A stretch of DNA of 17,590 bases from Gammaproteobacteria bacterium. GTDB lineage: Bacteria > Pseudomonadota > Gammaproteobacteria > Ga0077536. The DNA lies in assembly GCA_963662545.2 (NCBI GenBank), contig CAXXLL010000001.1, forward strand, positions 1 to 17,590. The letters run 5' to 3'. The notes under the pieces are model-generated. The model saw only the letters and a program-made list of their open reading frames with translations. It searched no databases and was not told where the DNA came from. This document shows, piece by piece, positions 1 to 7,353 of this stretch (within the stretch, counting starts at the first letter, position 1; each line of letters begins with the position of its first letter). Position numbers and translations under genes: made by a program.

Positions 1-1550
1 AGAGGTGCGAGGACATCGCGCATGAACCCGTGCTTTGTTTCACCAGCGCGTGGTAGCTGCAATTCGTCACTTGCTGCGTGATGGACCGCTTGGGCGGCGG
101 GCTTGAGGTCGTCAGATGCGTGCTGGACACCGGCAGGAGCCAGAGCGTTATCTCGGGCTGTTCGGATCGCGTCGAAGCAGTCAGGCCTGCCAAGACTGTT
201 GCAGAGTCTCGACAGTACGCCGTCGGAGAGCAGCATCGATTCGATGTTCCTGTATTCGGACATGACGCGAACGTCACCGGCATGCTTGTCCTCGATCTCC
301 TCTGGCGTTAAGGCGTCCCGATCCCGAAATCGCACAATTGACGCGGCGCTGACAATCTTCTTCAGGAAAGGAAGGAGGTCGCCCATGCGCTTCTCCACCT
401 CCGTCGCAGAGCCGACAGAGACGAAACGGGTTGTCGGAAATTCCTGCGCGAAGATCTTGTTGTAGCAGGACTCGTCAAGCGCTGGATCATCCTCTTCGGA
501 GGAACCTTCGCAGAGGACAATGTGGTCGGGGGCCAGAAGTGCCGCTATGTCGTCCAAGGCCACAGTATAGTGCCGCGACCAGAAATCGTGATCCGGATTC
601 GCTGGTTCTATGGTCTGCGGTTTATCGTAGTCCCGCTGCTCACCGTTCGGACGAAAGCCCATGTCCAGAAAAACAACATGTTTCAGGTGCACAGCGCGCA
701 TTCCCTGAGCCGTCCTCACCATTCCGATGGAGTGAGTGGCGAGCCAAAGCTGGGAGTTGCCCGGTACTAGACGGTACAACTCCTTCAGGAGCTTGCCTTG
801 TAGTTTCGTGCTTAGGTGTGCCTCTGGTTCGTCAATGCAATAAAGAGAATCGTTGAACGCAGCCTTGTTCACGACGACATCTAGCAGCAGATCGAAAGCC
901 GCCTTTTCTCCGGCGGATAAGTTTTCGTAAAGGAAGTTCCGCGACTTCCGCTTGGTGAATGTGAACGTGCCGGTGTCCTGGGCCGAAACGAGTGTGTCGA
1001 GCCGAATGTCTCCAAATATGCGCTTCATAGACTTTTGGAGATCACCGATTACATCCTTAATGATGTCGTCGGTCTTCAACCCAGGTGTCGTGACCTTGCT
1101 CAGGAGACGCCAGATGATCCTATGATAGTTGTTCTCTACAGTCCGATCCGTGTCGATCAGCCGCCGGACTGCGTGTCTGTCTAGGACATCCGGTACCTGT
1201 TGGATCGGCCTGTTTTGGAAGGATGGGTCATGCCTGTACGCAGAACGAATGTAGATACTCTTCTTTAGATCCACCTCGGAGGTGGGGTAGGGGCCATGGA
1301 ATTCCAAGGCTACTTCGTCATCCTCTGTAACGGCCTCCGATGTCGTGCGCCGGTAGTACCTCATGAATTCGGCGCTCATTCCGAAGAACTGATCCACCTT
1401 GAGCTGCCTTTGGAATGCGTCGAACAGCGACGACTTGCCGCAACCGTTCGGCCCCAAGAGAACAATGAGCTTCGCGTCGGATGGCAGGTTGTGAATCGTG
1501 AGATCGACGAATCGTTTGAACTTCTTTATCTGGGCAGACTTTAGTCTCAT
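1..1550 (-). CDS. ABC-type ATPase (AAA_15/AAA_21-like) fused to a TOPRIM domain; OLD-family-like ATP-dependent nuclease, 3'-partial (>=516 aa, runs off the left edge)
   Basis: Manual translation from ATG at 1550 stays open to base 1: MRLKSAQIKKFKRFVDLTI...; Walker A GPNGCGKS (1431-1454), ABC signature LSAGEK (~903-920), Walker B/D-loop YCIDEPEAHL (~813-842), H-loop WLATHS, TOPRIM-type IVLCEG...D (~504-521), DxD as FRDRD (~315-329), then YRNIES. Absent from the ORF track because there is no stop in the window. Confidence 0.88.
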   Translation of the reverse strand, partial: MRLKSAQIKKFKRFVDLTIHNLPSDAKLIVLLGPNGCGKSSLFDAFQRQLKVDQFFGMSAEFMRYYRRTTSEAVTEDDEVALEFHGPYPTSEVDLKKSIYIRSAYRHDPSFQNRPIQQVPDVLDRHAVRRLIDTDRTVENNYHRIIWRLLSKVTTPGLKTDDIIKDVIGDLQKSMKRIFGDIRLDTLVSAQDTGTFTFTKRKSRNFLYENLSAGEKAAFDLLLDVVVNKAAFNDSLYCIDEPEAHLSTKLQGKLLKELYRLVPGNSQLWLATHSIGMVRTAQGMRAVHLKHVVFLDMGFRPNGEQRDYDKPQTIEPANPDHDFWSRHYTVALDDIAALLAPDHIVLCEGSSEEDDPALDESCYNKIFAQEFPTTRFVSVGSATEVEKRMGDLLPFLKKIVSAASIVRFRDRDALTPEEIEDKHAGDVRVMSEYRNIESMLLSDGVLSRLCNSLGRPDCFDAIRTARDNALAPAGVQHASDDLKPAAQAVHHAASDELQLPRAGETKHGFMRDVLAP

Positions 1551-1682
1551 AGGAAATGCCTTAGTGTGCCGTACATACGTGTGACCAAACTTGGAACCCC
1601 AACGTCAATGCGGCGTCGGACCGGGATACGGCATGATCTTCTCCCCGCTGGGTTGCCAGATTCCAGGAGATAAGACATCGTA

Positions 1683-2501
1683 TCAGGCGGCTTTGATTTC
1701 GAACACAGCAGGTGCCTGATAATCGAGCGAGCTGTGTGGTCTTTCGTGGTTGTAGTGATGCTTCCAGGCGTAAATGATGCGTCGCGCTGCGGTCAGGTCT
1801 TTGAACCAGTGTTGGTTGAGGCAGCTGTCACGTAGTCTGGCGTTGAAGCTTTCAACGAACGCGTTCTGCGTTGGCTTGCCCGGCTGGATGAAGTGAAGTT
1901 TTACAGCGGCTCGTTGCGACCAAAAGAACATCGCCTTGCTAGTGAGTTCTGGGCCGTTGTGCATGCCAATGGATGCTGGCAGCCCTCGACTATTTGCAAG
2001 CTCATCCAAGCAGCGAGCGACGCGCAAACCGGAGATCGAAGTATCGACGGGTTGGCCGACGCAGGTTCGCGAATAATCATCCACGATGTTTAGGATACGG
2101 ATCCGCCTGCCGTCCGTGAGTTGATCGTGCACGAAGTCCAGTGACCAGCGTTCGTTGAGCTGTGTCGGCACAGCCATCGGTATCCGGGGTCGGGCGAGCT
2201 TCTTGCGCCGCTTTGTGCGCACCTGCATGCCCAACGCCTTGTAGAGCCGGTAGGTCCGCTTGCGGTTCACGACCAAGCCTTCAGATTTAAGCATTGCGTG
2301 CAGCATCAGGTGGCCGTAACGCGGATACTGTTCACCGAGCGTCTTGAGTCGATCACTCAGCGGTTGATCATTACGAGGCTTCGCTTGATAAGCGGCTGAC
2401 TTGCGGCTGAACTTCACTAATCGACAGGCTCGACGTTGGCTCATTGAATACCTTTGCTGCAAATAGCCGACGACAGCGCGCCGCTGTGCCGGCTTCACCA
2501 C
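1683..2501 (-). pseudogene. IS3-family transposase OrfB (rve/DDE integrase core), probably inactive
   Basis: Typical motifs SQRRACRL, YPRYG, VNRKRTYRLY, ERWSLDFVHD, FIQPGKPTQNAFVESFN, YNHERPHSSL. The second catalytic Asp motif DNGPEF reads HNGPEL (CAC at 1959-1961), and the OrfA partner is truncated. Confidence 0.8.
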
Positions 2502-2508
2502 TTTTTTT
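2467..2508 (-). promoter_or_regulatory. Programmed -1 ribosomal frameshift signal of the IS3 element (A-AAA-AAG slippery site plus downstream hairpin)
   Basis: Minus strand reads CAA AAA AAG TGG TGA (OrfA end) with the OrfB GTG in the -1 frame, followed by CCGGC-ACAGCG-gcg-CGCTGT-c-GTCGG, a stem-loop. This is the established IS3-family OrfAB mechanism. Confidence 0.8.
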
Positions 2509-2526
2509 GCACAACGTCCTCCAGCG
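2495..2526 (-). pseudogene. IS3-family OrfA C-terminal remnant (..LEDVVQKKW*)
   Basis: Resembles the usual OrfA ending (L.DV..KKW*) overlapping the OrfB start; cut off precisely at the IS21 terminus. Confidence 0.7.
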
Positions 2527-2577
2527 TGTCAACGGCGGAGCAAAATTAGTCCACCCGGGCGGAGCAAAACTAGTCCA
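2527..2577. repeat. IS21 terminal IR (istB end) with tandem 20-bp transposase-binding repeats
   Basis: TGTCAACGGCGGAGCAAAATTAGTCCA (2527-2553); GGCGGAGCAAAA(T/C)TAGTCCA at 2534-2553 and 2558-2577. Confidence 0.92.
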
Positions 2578-2607
2578 CTTAACGTTATGCGGTACGCAGT
2601 GTTGGGG

Positions 2608-2713
2608 GGTTGTCCCGGTAGTCCATAGGAGGGACCCGCGCTGCTTCGTGTAGCGCTTGCGTTACGCGGAGCGAAGCAGCGTGGGAGGTTCCTGTGGACC
2701 CACCGGGTCAACC
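2608..2713 (+). other. Long imperfect hairpin (~106 nt) between the istB stop and the IS21 end
   Basis: Nested stems 2608-2619/2702-2713, 2621-2630/2690-2699, 2635-2648/2672-2685, 2650-2655/2660-2665; several G-T pairs on the + strand. Confidence 0.7.
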
Positions 2714-2726
2714 TTGAGTTCGGTGG

Positions 2727-3497
2727 TCAAGCAGGCGTATTTGGGGATTTCCGCCGTTTTTGGCTTTGGTTGAGACGATAGCTCTCGCCGTTCATTGCCA
2801 GGATATGGACAGGGTGGGTCAGGCGGTCCAGCAAAGCCCCGGTCAGACGTTCCGAGCCGAATATCTCCGTCCACTCATCGAACGGCAAGTTGGAGGTCAC
2901 CATGATCGAGCCCCGCTCGTAGCGCTGGCTGAAGACTTCGAACAGCAGCTCGGCGCCGGTCTTCGAGAGCGGCACGAAGCCGAGTTCGTCGATGATCAGA
3001 AGGTGATACTTTGCCAGTTGCTTCTGCAGGCGCAACAGGCGTTTTTCATCCCTGGCCTCCATCAGTTCATGAACCAGGGCGGCGGCCGTGATGAAGCCGA
3101 CGGAGAGCCCCTTTTGGCAGGCCGCCAGACCGAGACCGAGGGCGATATGGGTCTTGCCGGTTCCGCTGTTGCCGAGCGCGATGATATTCTCACGACGCTC
3201 TACGTATTCGCATCGCGCCAACTCCAGAACCAGCATCTTGTTGAGCGAGGCGATGGCCTTGAAGTCGAAGCTGTCGAGGCTTTTGACGGCGGGGAACCTG
3301 GCCTGTCTGCTCCGCCGCTCGACCATGCGGCGCTCACGGTCGATCAGTTCCAACTCGGTCAGACGGACAAGATACCGCACAGGGTCGGCGCCCTCGGTGG
3401 CGCATTGGCGGGCCAGCTTGTCGTATTCGCGCAGGAACGTCGGCAGTTTCAGGGTCTTGAGGTGATGGGCCAGCAACACTTGCGGCGTATCGGTCAT
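2727..3497 (-). CDS. istB: IS21-family helper AAA+ ATPase IstB (256 aa)
   Basis: Start MTDTPQVLLAHHLKTLKLP at 3497 overlaps the istA stop (ATGA); Walker A GNSGTGKTH, Walker B LLIIDELG, FSQRYERGS..TSN, ALLDRL. Confidence 0.96.
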   Translation of the reverse strand: MTDTPQVLLAHHLKTLKLPTFLREYDKLARQCATEGADPVRYLVRLTELELIDRERRMVERRSRQARFPAVKSLDSFDFKAIASLNKMLVLELARCEYVERRENIIALGNSGTGKTHIALGLGLAACQKGLSVGFITAAALVHELMEARDEKRLLRLQKQLAKYHLLIIDELGFVPLSKTGAELLFEVFSQRYERGSIMVTSNLPFDEWTEIFGSERLTGALLDRLTHPVHILAMNGESYRLNQSQKRRKSPNTPA

Positions 3498-4993
3498 GAC
3501 GCGCCTCCACCCAACAAGCTCATATAACTGGCGGCGGCCGTGGTCGCCACGTTGGCCCGAGGCAGGTAGGGATAGATATCCAGGTCGAGTTTGGGCGGGC
3601 GTCGCTCGATACGGCACAGCACAAGGTGTTTGACGGCGTCGTAGCCGATCGCGCCCAGGCGCAGGGCGTCCTTCACCGCGCCGTGAAGCACCTCGAGATC
3701 GAAGGTCTCCAGAAGCCGAAGGACCTGGACGTATTCCCGCTTGCCGGCCTTGCCCATGCGCGCCTCCAGGAGACGGCGCAGGGTTGGGAAGGCATCAGGC
3801 AGTTCCCATCCGGCTAGCGGCGCGGCCTGATCCAGGGCACCGATCTTGTGCTCCAGCAAAGGCAGGTAGTGGATCGGATCGAAGACCATATCTTCCCGGT
3901 CGTAGGAACGGGGGTGTCGGGCAATGATCCCGGCGCCGCAACCGATAACCACCTCGTGGACATAGCCACGGATCCAGACTTCCTGATGGCCGTAGGCGAC
4001 GGGCACGGAATAGTCATTCGTCCGGTAGCGCACCAGGGACAGCGAGTTGACCCGCGTGCCCTGCTTGTCGCACGCGTCGAACGGTGCCGGCAGTGGCCTC
4101 TTCAACGCTTCGCGGTCACGCACAAACCGTTCGCCGATGCTCTCGCGGTGGCCGCGCAGGACGTCGTCTTGCCGTTTGCGGCATTGTTCCTCCAGGTAAG
4201 CGTTGAAGGCGTCCCAGCTCGCGAACCGGGGAAGCGGCGTCATGAAGTTCCGTCGGGCGTAGCCAACCACCCCCTCAACATTGCCTTTGTCGTTGCCCTT
4301 GCCGGGACGGCCGTAACGGTCCTCGAAGAGGTAATGGGACTGCAGTCCGCTGAACGCTCGCGTTCGTTGTCGCGTGCCATCCGGCAAGATGCGCGACACC
4401 AGGCACTTGTCGTTGTCGTAGAGAATCGATCGGGGAACACCGCCGAAGAAGGCGAAGGTTCTGTTGTGCCCGTCCAGCCAGGCCTCCGTCGTCGCTGACG
4501 GGTAGGCCGCAACGAAGCAGGCATCGCTGTGGGGAAGTGTCATGACGAAAAAATGCGCCCGATACTTGACGCCGGCGATGATCGCATCCGCCTCGCCAAA
4601 GTCCGCTTGAGCATGGCCCGGAGGATGTGACAACGGCACAAACATCTCACGCCGACGAAGGCGCCGTTCCCGAACGTAATCCTTCACGATGGTCTCTTTG
4701 CCCGTGAAGCCATGTTCGTCGCGAAGGCGCTCGAATATACGCTTCGCCGTGTGGTGCTGCTTACGGTGAACCGTTCGGTCCTCCTCCAGAATACGGTCGA
4801 TGATATCCGTGAAGGGGGCCAGTTTCGGGCGTTTCGGTGGCTGGCGTCGCCGATATCCCGGCGGTTCCGAATGCCGCAGCATCTTCCTCACCGTCTCGCG
4901 CGCAATGCCAAACCGACTTGCCGCCTCTCGCTGGCTCAGACCATCAACATGGCAGGCCAGCCGAACGCGCAGATATAGGTCCACGGTGTACAT
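3494..4993 (-). CDS. istA: IS21-family DDE transposase IstA (499 aa)
   Basis: N-terminal HTH (LSQREAASRFGIARETVRKML); DDE motifs AQADFG, ILYDNDK, DKGNVEG; YSVP motif. ATG at 4993 is preceded by GGAAGG/GGGAGG. Confidence 0.96.
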   Translation of the reverse strand: MYTVDLYLRVRLACHVDGLSQREAASRFGIARETVRKMLRHSEPPGYRRRQPPKRPKLAPFTDIIDRILEEDRTVHRKQHHTAKRIFERLRDEHGFTGKETIVKDYVRERRLRRREMFVPLSHPPGHAQADFGEADAIIAGVKYRAHFFVMTLPHSDACFVAAYPSATTEAWLDGHNRTFAFFGGVPRSILYDNDKCLVSRILPDGTRQRTRAFSGLQSHYLFEDRYGRPGKGNDKGNVEGVVGYARRNFMTPLPRFASWDAFNAYLEEQCRKRQDDVLRGHRESIGERFVRDREALKRPLPAPFDACDKQGTRVNSLSLVRYRTNDYSVPVAYGHQEVWIRGYVHEVVIGCGAGIIARHPRSYDREDMVFDPIHYLPLLEHKIGALDQAAPLAGWELPDAFPTLRRLLEARMGKAGKREYVQVLRLLETFDLEVLHGAVKDALRLGAIGYDAVKHLVLCRIERRPPKLDLDIYPYLPRANVATTAAASYMSLLGGGAS

Positions 4994-5033
4994 CCTCCCG
5001 CCTTCCATCTCAAAAAAGATCGAAGGCTACAGG

Positions 5034-5107
5034 TGGCAGAGTTTTACTCCGCCCGCGGCTGGGAAATCCCGCCGCTTCCGTGGACTAATTTGTCACCGCC
5101 GTTCTCA
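5034..5107. repeat. IS21 terminal IR (istA end) plus internal repeat
   Basis: 5081-5107 reverse-complements to TGAGAACGGCGGTGACAAATTAGTCCA; 5034-5053 reverse-complements to GGCGGAGTAAAACTCTGCCA, a variant of the repeat at the other end. Confidence 0.9.
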
Positions 5108-5359
5108 ATCTCGCACCGCAGCCTGCAGGTCGAGACGCCGGAAGAAGTCGCCGATGACATCCGCAGGGTGCTCGAACTCATCGACGCCGGGCGCTTGATC
5201 CTGAGCAGCGACTGCGGCTTCGGCCGCCAGGGGCTCAGCCGCAAGCACGCGTTCTACAAGATGGTCTCACTGGTTCGCGGCGCGAACATCGTGCGCCGCG
5301 AACTCGGTCTGGACGAAGTCTCCGTGCTGGCCGAACAAGCCAATCTGTCCTGCCTGTAG
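5108..5359 (+). pseudogene. C-terminal 83-aa fragment of a cobalamin-independent methionine synthase II-family (Meth_synt_2/MetE-like) protein, 5' part removed at the IS21 end
   Basis: ISHRSLQVETPEEVADDIRRVLELIDAGRLILSSDCGFG...AFYKMVSLVRGANIVRREL matches the family's C-terminal pattern (VETPEEVA..I...; Zn-ligand DCGF); begins immediately after the IS terminal CA. Confidence 0.82.
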
Positions 5360-5478
5360 TGGTCAGGCTTATACGCTCGGTAAAGAGGAGATAGCTTACC
5401 CATTTACGATGAAGCGCCTCGCTACCCTGGTTCGCCCGAATTCGGATCGCTAAACGATTCCCGCATCAGCCGCAATTA

Positions 5479-6771
5479 TTATTCGAGCGAACGACGCCTG
5501 CAATCGGCAACAATGAGCAACTCCGTCAATGCGTGATAAGACCGTGCCTGCAAACCCGTGATACTGAGGATTTTTTGCAACCGCGAATAGATCGTATTGG
5601 GGTGCACCGACAGCCTCTGCGCGGCTTTCAATACATTCATATCCGCGTTCGCGTATGCGCGTAAGGTCGCGACCAGAGAGCCGCCAAGCTTGTCATCAGC
5701 CAGAAAGAACTCACGCGTCCAAGCCGGCAATACTCGCTGCAATTCATCGCCAGCCAAATGTAACATCAGACGCCGCGCCGGTACTTCGGAGATATGTACG
5801 ACCCGGTGAGTTACCTCGGCGAGTTCGAGGGCGAGCAGTGCCTCTCTATAGGCCGTCGGAATCTGCGAAGTTGATGGCACGTCATTGCTGAGGCCGATTA
5901 AGACCGCGTTGCCGACCATCGATAGCCCAGACCTTACCCGTCTGCCGAGCGCTGTGTGCGGCGCCGTCCAACCGGACAGTCGGCAGGTATCAGAAAATAC
6001 GATGGCGACCTTGTCGTGACGTAAATCGATGAGGCGACGCGACGGTGATCTCTGCAAAATCTTATCGATTGAATCGACCAATCGACGTGCGCGATCAAGA
6101 TTGATCATTTCTGAAGGATCTACAGGCTGCACCATTGCCACACAAAACGACTGGCGTTTGTCGAGATAGCCGGCGTCGCGTAATACCTTCGCCACGCGCC
6201 CGTCCGACTCATCGTAGCCATCGAGCAAAATGGTGAGCAACTCCGCGCGCCGGTCCCCAGCGACATCGGCGAGCAAACGCGTTTGGGACAAATAGGCGCC
6301 CGCAGCGATCGAAGTGATCGCATCGGTATATTCGACCGTGAAATCCAAAGTAGCAGCGGCAAGTTGCTGCGCTTCTTTCGGGGACGATACCAACGCCAGT
6401 ATCGCCTCACGGACCCAGCGCGAAAAGACCTTGTGACTGCAGCGGTACGCGTGCAGCGTCGCCTCCAATGAAAAACGGTGCTCAGCGAGCCGCCAGGCAT
6501 GCTCGCGCACGAAATCGAAGGTATCTACAGGACCGCCGCCAAGCAAATGTAGCATTTCACTCGTATGCCGAGCGAGATCAGGCACGTCGTCGGGGTTCCT
6601 GGATTCAGAGAATGCCGGTATCGCGGCTAGGATTGCTTCGCTTTGTTCGGCATTGATGGCCGCGGAATTATCAGCTAGATGCCTGACGGCGACCGGCAGG
6701 AGTGGGTTGCGGCTGAGCTTCCGCAGTGCTTCATTGAGGGCCTTGGTATGATAATCGGACATTGGCCTCAT
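5479..6771 (-). CDS. PucR/CdaR-family transcriptional regulator
   Basis: C-terminal PucR HTH LVATLRAYANADMNVLKAAQRLSVHPNTIYSRLQKI, central GGDEF-like region (LIGLS..IPTAYREALLAL), helical N-terminal sensor region. Start uncertain (ATG 6771 or 6762; the ORF extends to 6819). Confidence 0.9.
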   Translation of the reverse strand: MRPMSDYHTKALNEALRKLSRNPLLPVAVRHLADNSAAINAEQSEAILAAIPAFSESRNPDDVPDLARHTSEMLHLLGGGPVDTFDFVREHAWRLAEHRFSLEATLHAYRCSHKVFSRWVREAILALVSSPKEAQQLAAATLDFTVEYTDAITSIAAGAYLSQTRLLADVAGDRRAELLTILLDGYDESDGRVAKVLRDAGYLDKRQSFCVAMVQPVDPSEMINLDRARRLVDSIDKILQRSPSRRLIDLRHDKVAIVFSDTCRLSGWTAPHTALGRRVRSGLSMVGNAVLIGLSNDVPSTSQIPTAYREALLALELAEVTHRVVHISEVPARRLMLHLAGDELQRVLPAWTREFFLADDKLGGSLVATLRAYANADMNVLKAAQRLSVHPNTIYSRLQKILSITGLQARSYHALTELLIVADCRRRSLE

Positions 6772-6811
6772 TGTGCACTCTACACATTTAGCAGTGCTAT
6801 TTATCAGCACT
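6771..6811. promoter_or_regulatory. Candidate operator sites in the divergent regulator/YCII intergenic region
   Basis: TTGTGC-N5-ACACAT (6771-6787) and the perfect dyad AGTGCT-N7-AGCACT (6793-6811). Confidence 0.35.
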
Positions 6812-6961
6812 TTACCCACTGTCAGGGGGTTCTGCTGATGATAGTCTCTAGTTTGATTGGCCTTTGCAACGGTAAGGCGTCAACCCGGCAGAAGCCTGGA
6901 GGCTGCCTTACAACGGCCGGGCCGACAGTCATTCCAACTCGTTAAATCGGAGATCCGAAAA

Positions 6962-7276
6962 ATGTCGAAATATCTATTTGTGTATCACGGCGGCAGCGTT
7001 CCAGAAACGAAGGAAGATCAAGCAAAAGTAATGGACGCCTGGGGGCAGTGGTTTGGATCGCTGGGTAGTGCCGTTGTCGATGGTGGCAATCCGGTCGGCA
7101 AGTCATCGACAGTGCAGAGCAACGGTTCGGTTGTTGATAACGGGGGTTCCAATCCTGTCAGTGGCTTTAGCTTAATCGAAGCTTCGGATGTCGATGACGC
7201 GGTTACAAAAGCGCAAGGGTGCCCTATTCTTGGCGCGGGCGGTTCGGTCGAACTTGCGGAAGCGTTTGATATGTAG
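6962..7276 (+). CDS. YCII-related (DGPF-like) small alpha/beta protein, 104 aa
   Basis: MSKYLFVYHGG...VMDAWGQWF..LG...VDGGNP...VSGFSLIEASDVDDAVTKAQGCP....GSVELAE; GGAG RBS ~10 nt upstream of ATG 6962. Confidence 0.82.
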   Translation: MSKYLFVYHGGSVPETKEDQAKVMDAWGQWFGSLGSAVVDGGNPVGKSSTVQSNGSVVDNGGSNPVSGFSLIEASDVDDAVTKAQGCPILGAGGSVELAEAFDM

Positions 7277-7281
7277 GTGAG

Positions 7282-7333
7282 GGGGTCAGGTCGTTCATTG
7301 CCGCAACCATACGGCAATGAACGACCTGACCCC
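7282..7333. repeat. Perfect 22-bp inverted repeat between convergent genes (REP-like palindrome / possible bidirectional terminator)
   Basis: GGGGTCAGGTCGTTCATTGCCG-caaccata-CGGCAATGAACGACCTGACCCC, no mismatches; 5 nt after the YCII stop and 20 nt from the hydantoinase B stop. Confidence 0.85.
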
Positions 7334-7353
7334 AAAGATCCGGACTTGCCCGA

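Larger units (their letters stand above)
1634..2526 (-). mobile_element. IS3-family element (IS407-group-like), truncated: downstream end and orfB present, most of orfA and the other end lost at the IS21 junction
   Basis: OrfB transposase, 10-codon OrfA tail (LEDVVQKKW*), A7G frameshift site. Probable terminal IR begins TGATCTTCTCCCCGCTGGGTTGCCA at 1634; this boundary is inferred from the TG start and IS3-like composition because the partner IR is absent. Confidence 0.8.
2527..5107 (-). mobile_element. IS21-family insertion sequence, apparently complete (2581 bp)
   Basis: TG...CA termini, 27-bp imperfect terminal IRs (22/27 identical), internal repeats at both ends, coupled istA-istB. No flanking direct repeat (left ..TCCAGCG, right ATCTCGC..). 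Confidence 0.95.

Noticed and set aside
78-1544. Plus-strand ORFs 78-311, 103-465, 431-856, 522-770, 1296-1544
   Set aside because: Antisense shadows of the motif-rich minus-strand ATPase-TOPRIM gene; no recognisable domains.
2534-2577. Two 20-bp direct repeats as a mini CRISPR array
   Set aside because: Only 4 bp apart, and they match the IS21 terminal repeat at the other end; no spacers or cas genes.
2578-2713. TAACGTTATGC plus hairpin as an integron attC site
   Set aside because: The hairpin is bounded GTT...AAC, the reverse of the attC R''(AAC)...R'(GTT) arrangement; it lies inside an IS and there is no integrase or cassette array.
2727-3617. 296-aa version of IstB from the ORF track
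   Set aside because: The extra 40 codons overlap istA; the ATGA-coupled start at 3497 fits IS21 organisation.
5033-5359. 108-aa ORF as a genuine gene
   Set aside because: The first 25 codons are IS21 terminal repeat sequence fortuitously in frame with the MetE-like stump, which lacks most of the barrel.
6788-6811. AGTGCT/AGCACT dyad as a CIRCE (HrcA) element
   Set aside because: Arm order and spacing do not match TTAGCACTC-N9-GAGTGCTAA, and no chaperone gene follows.
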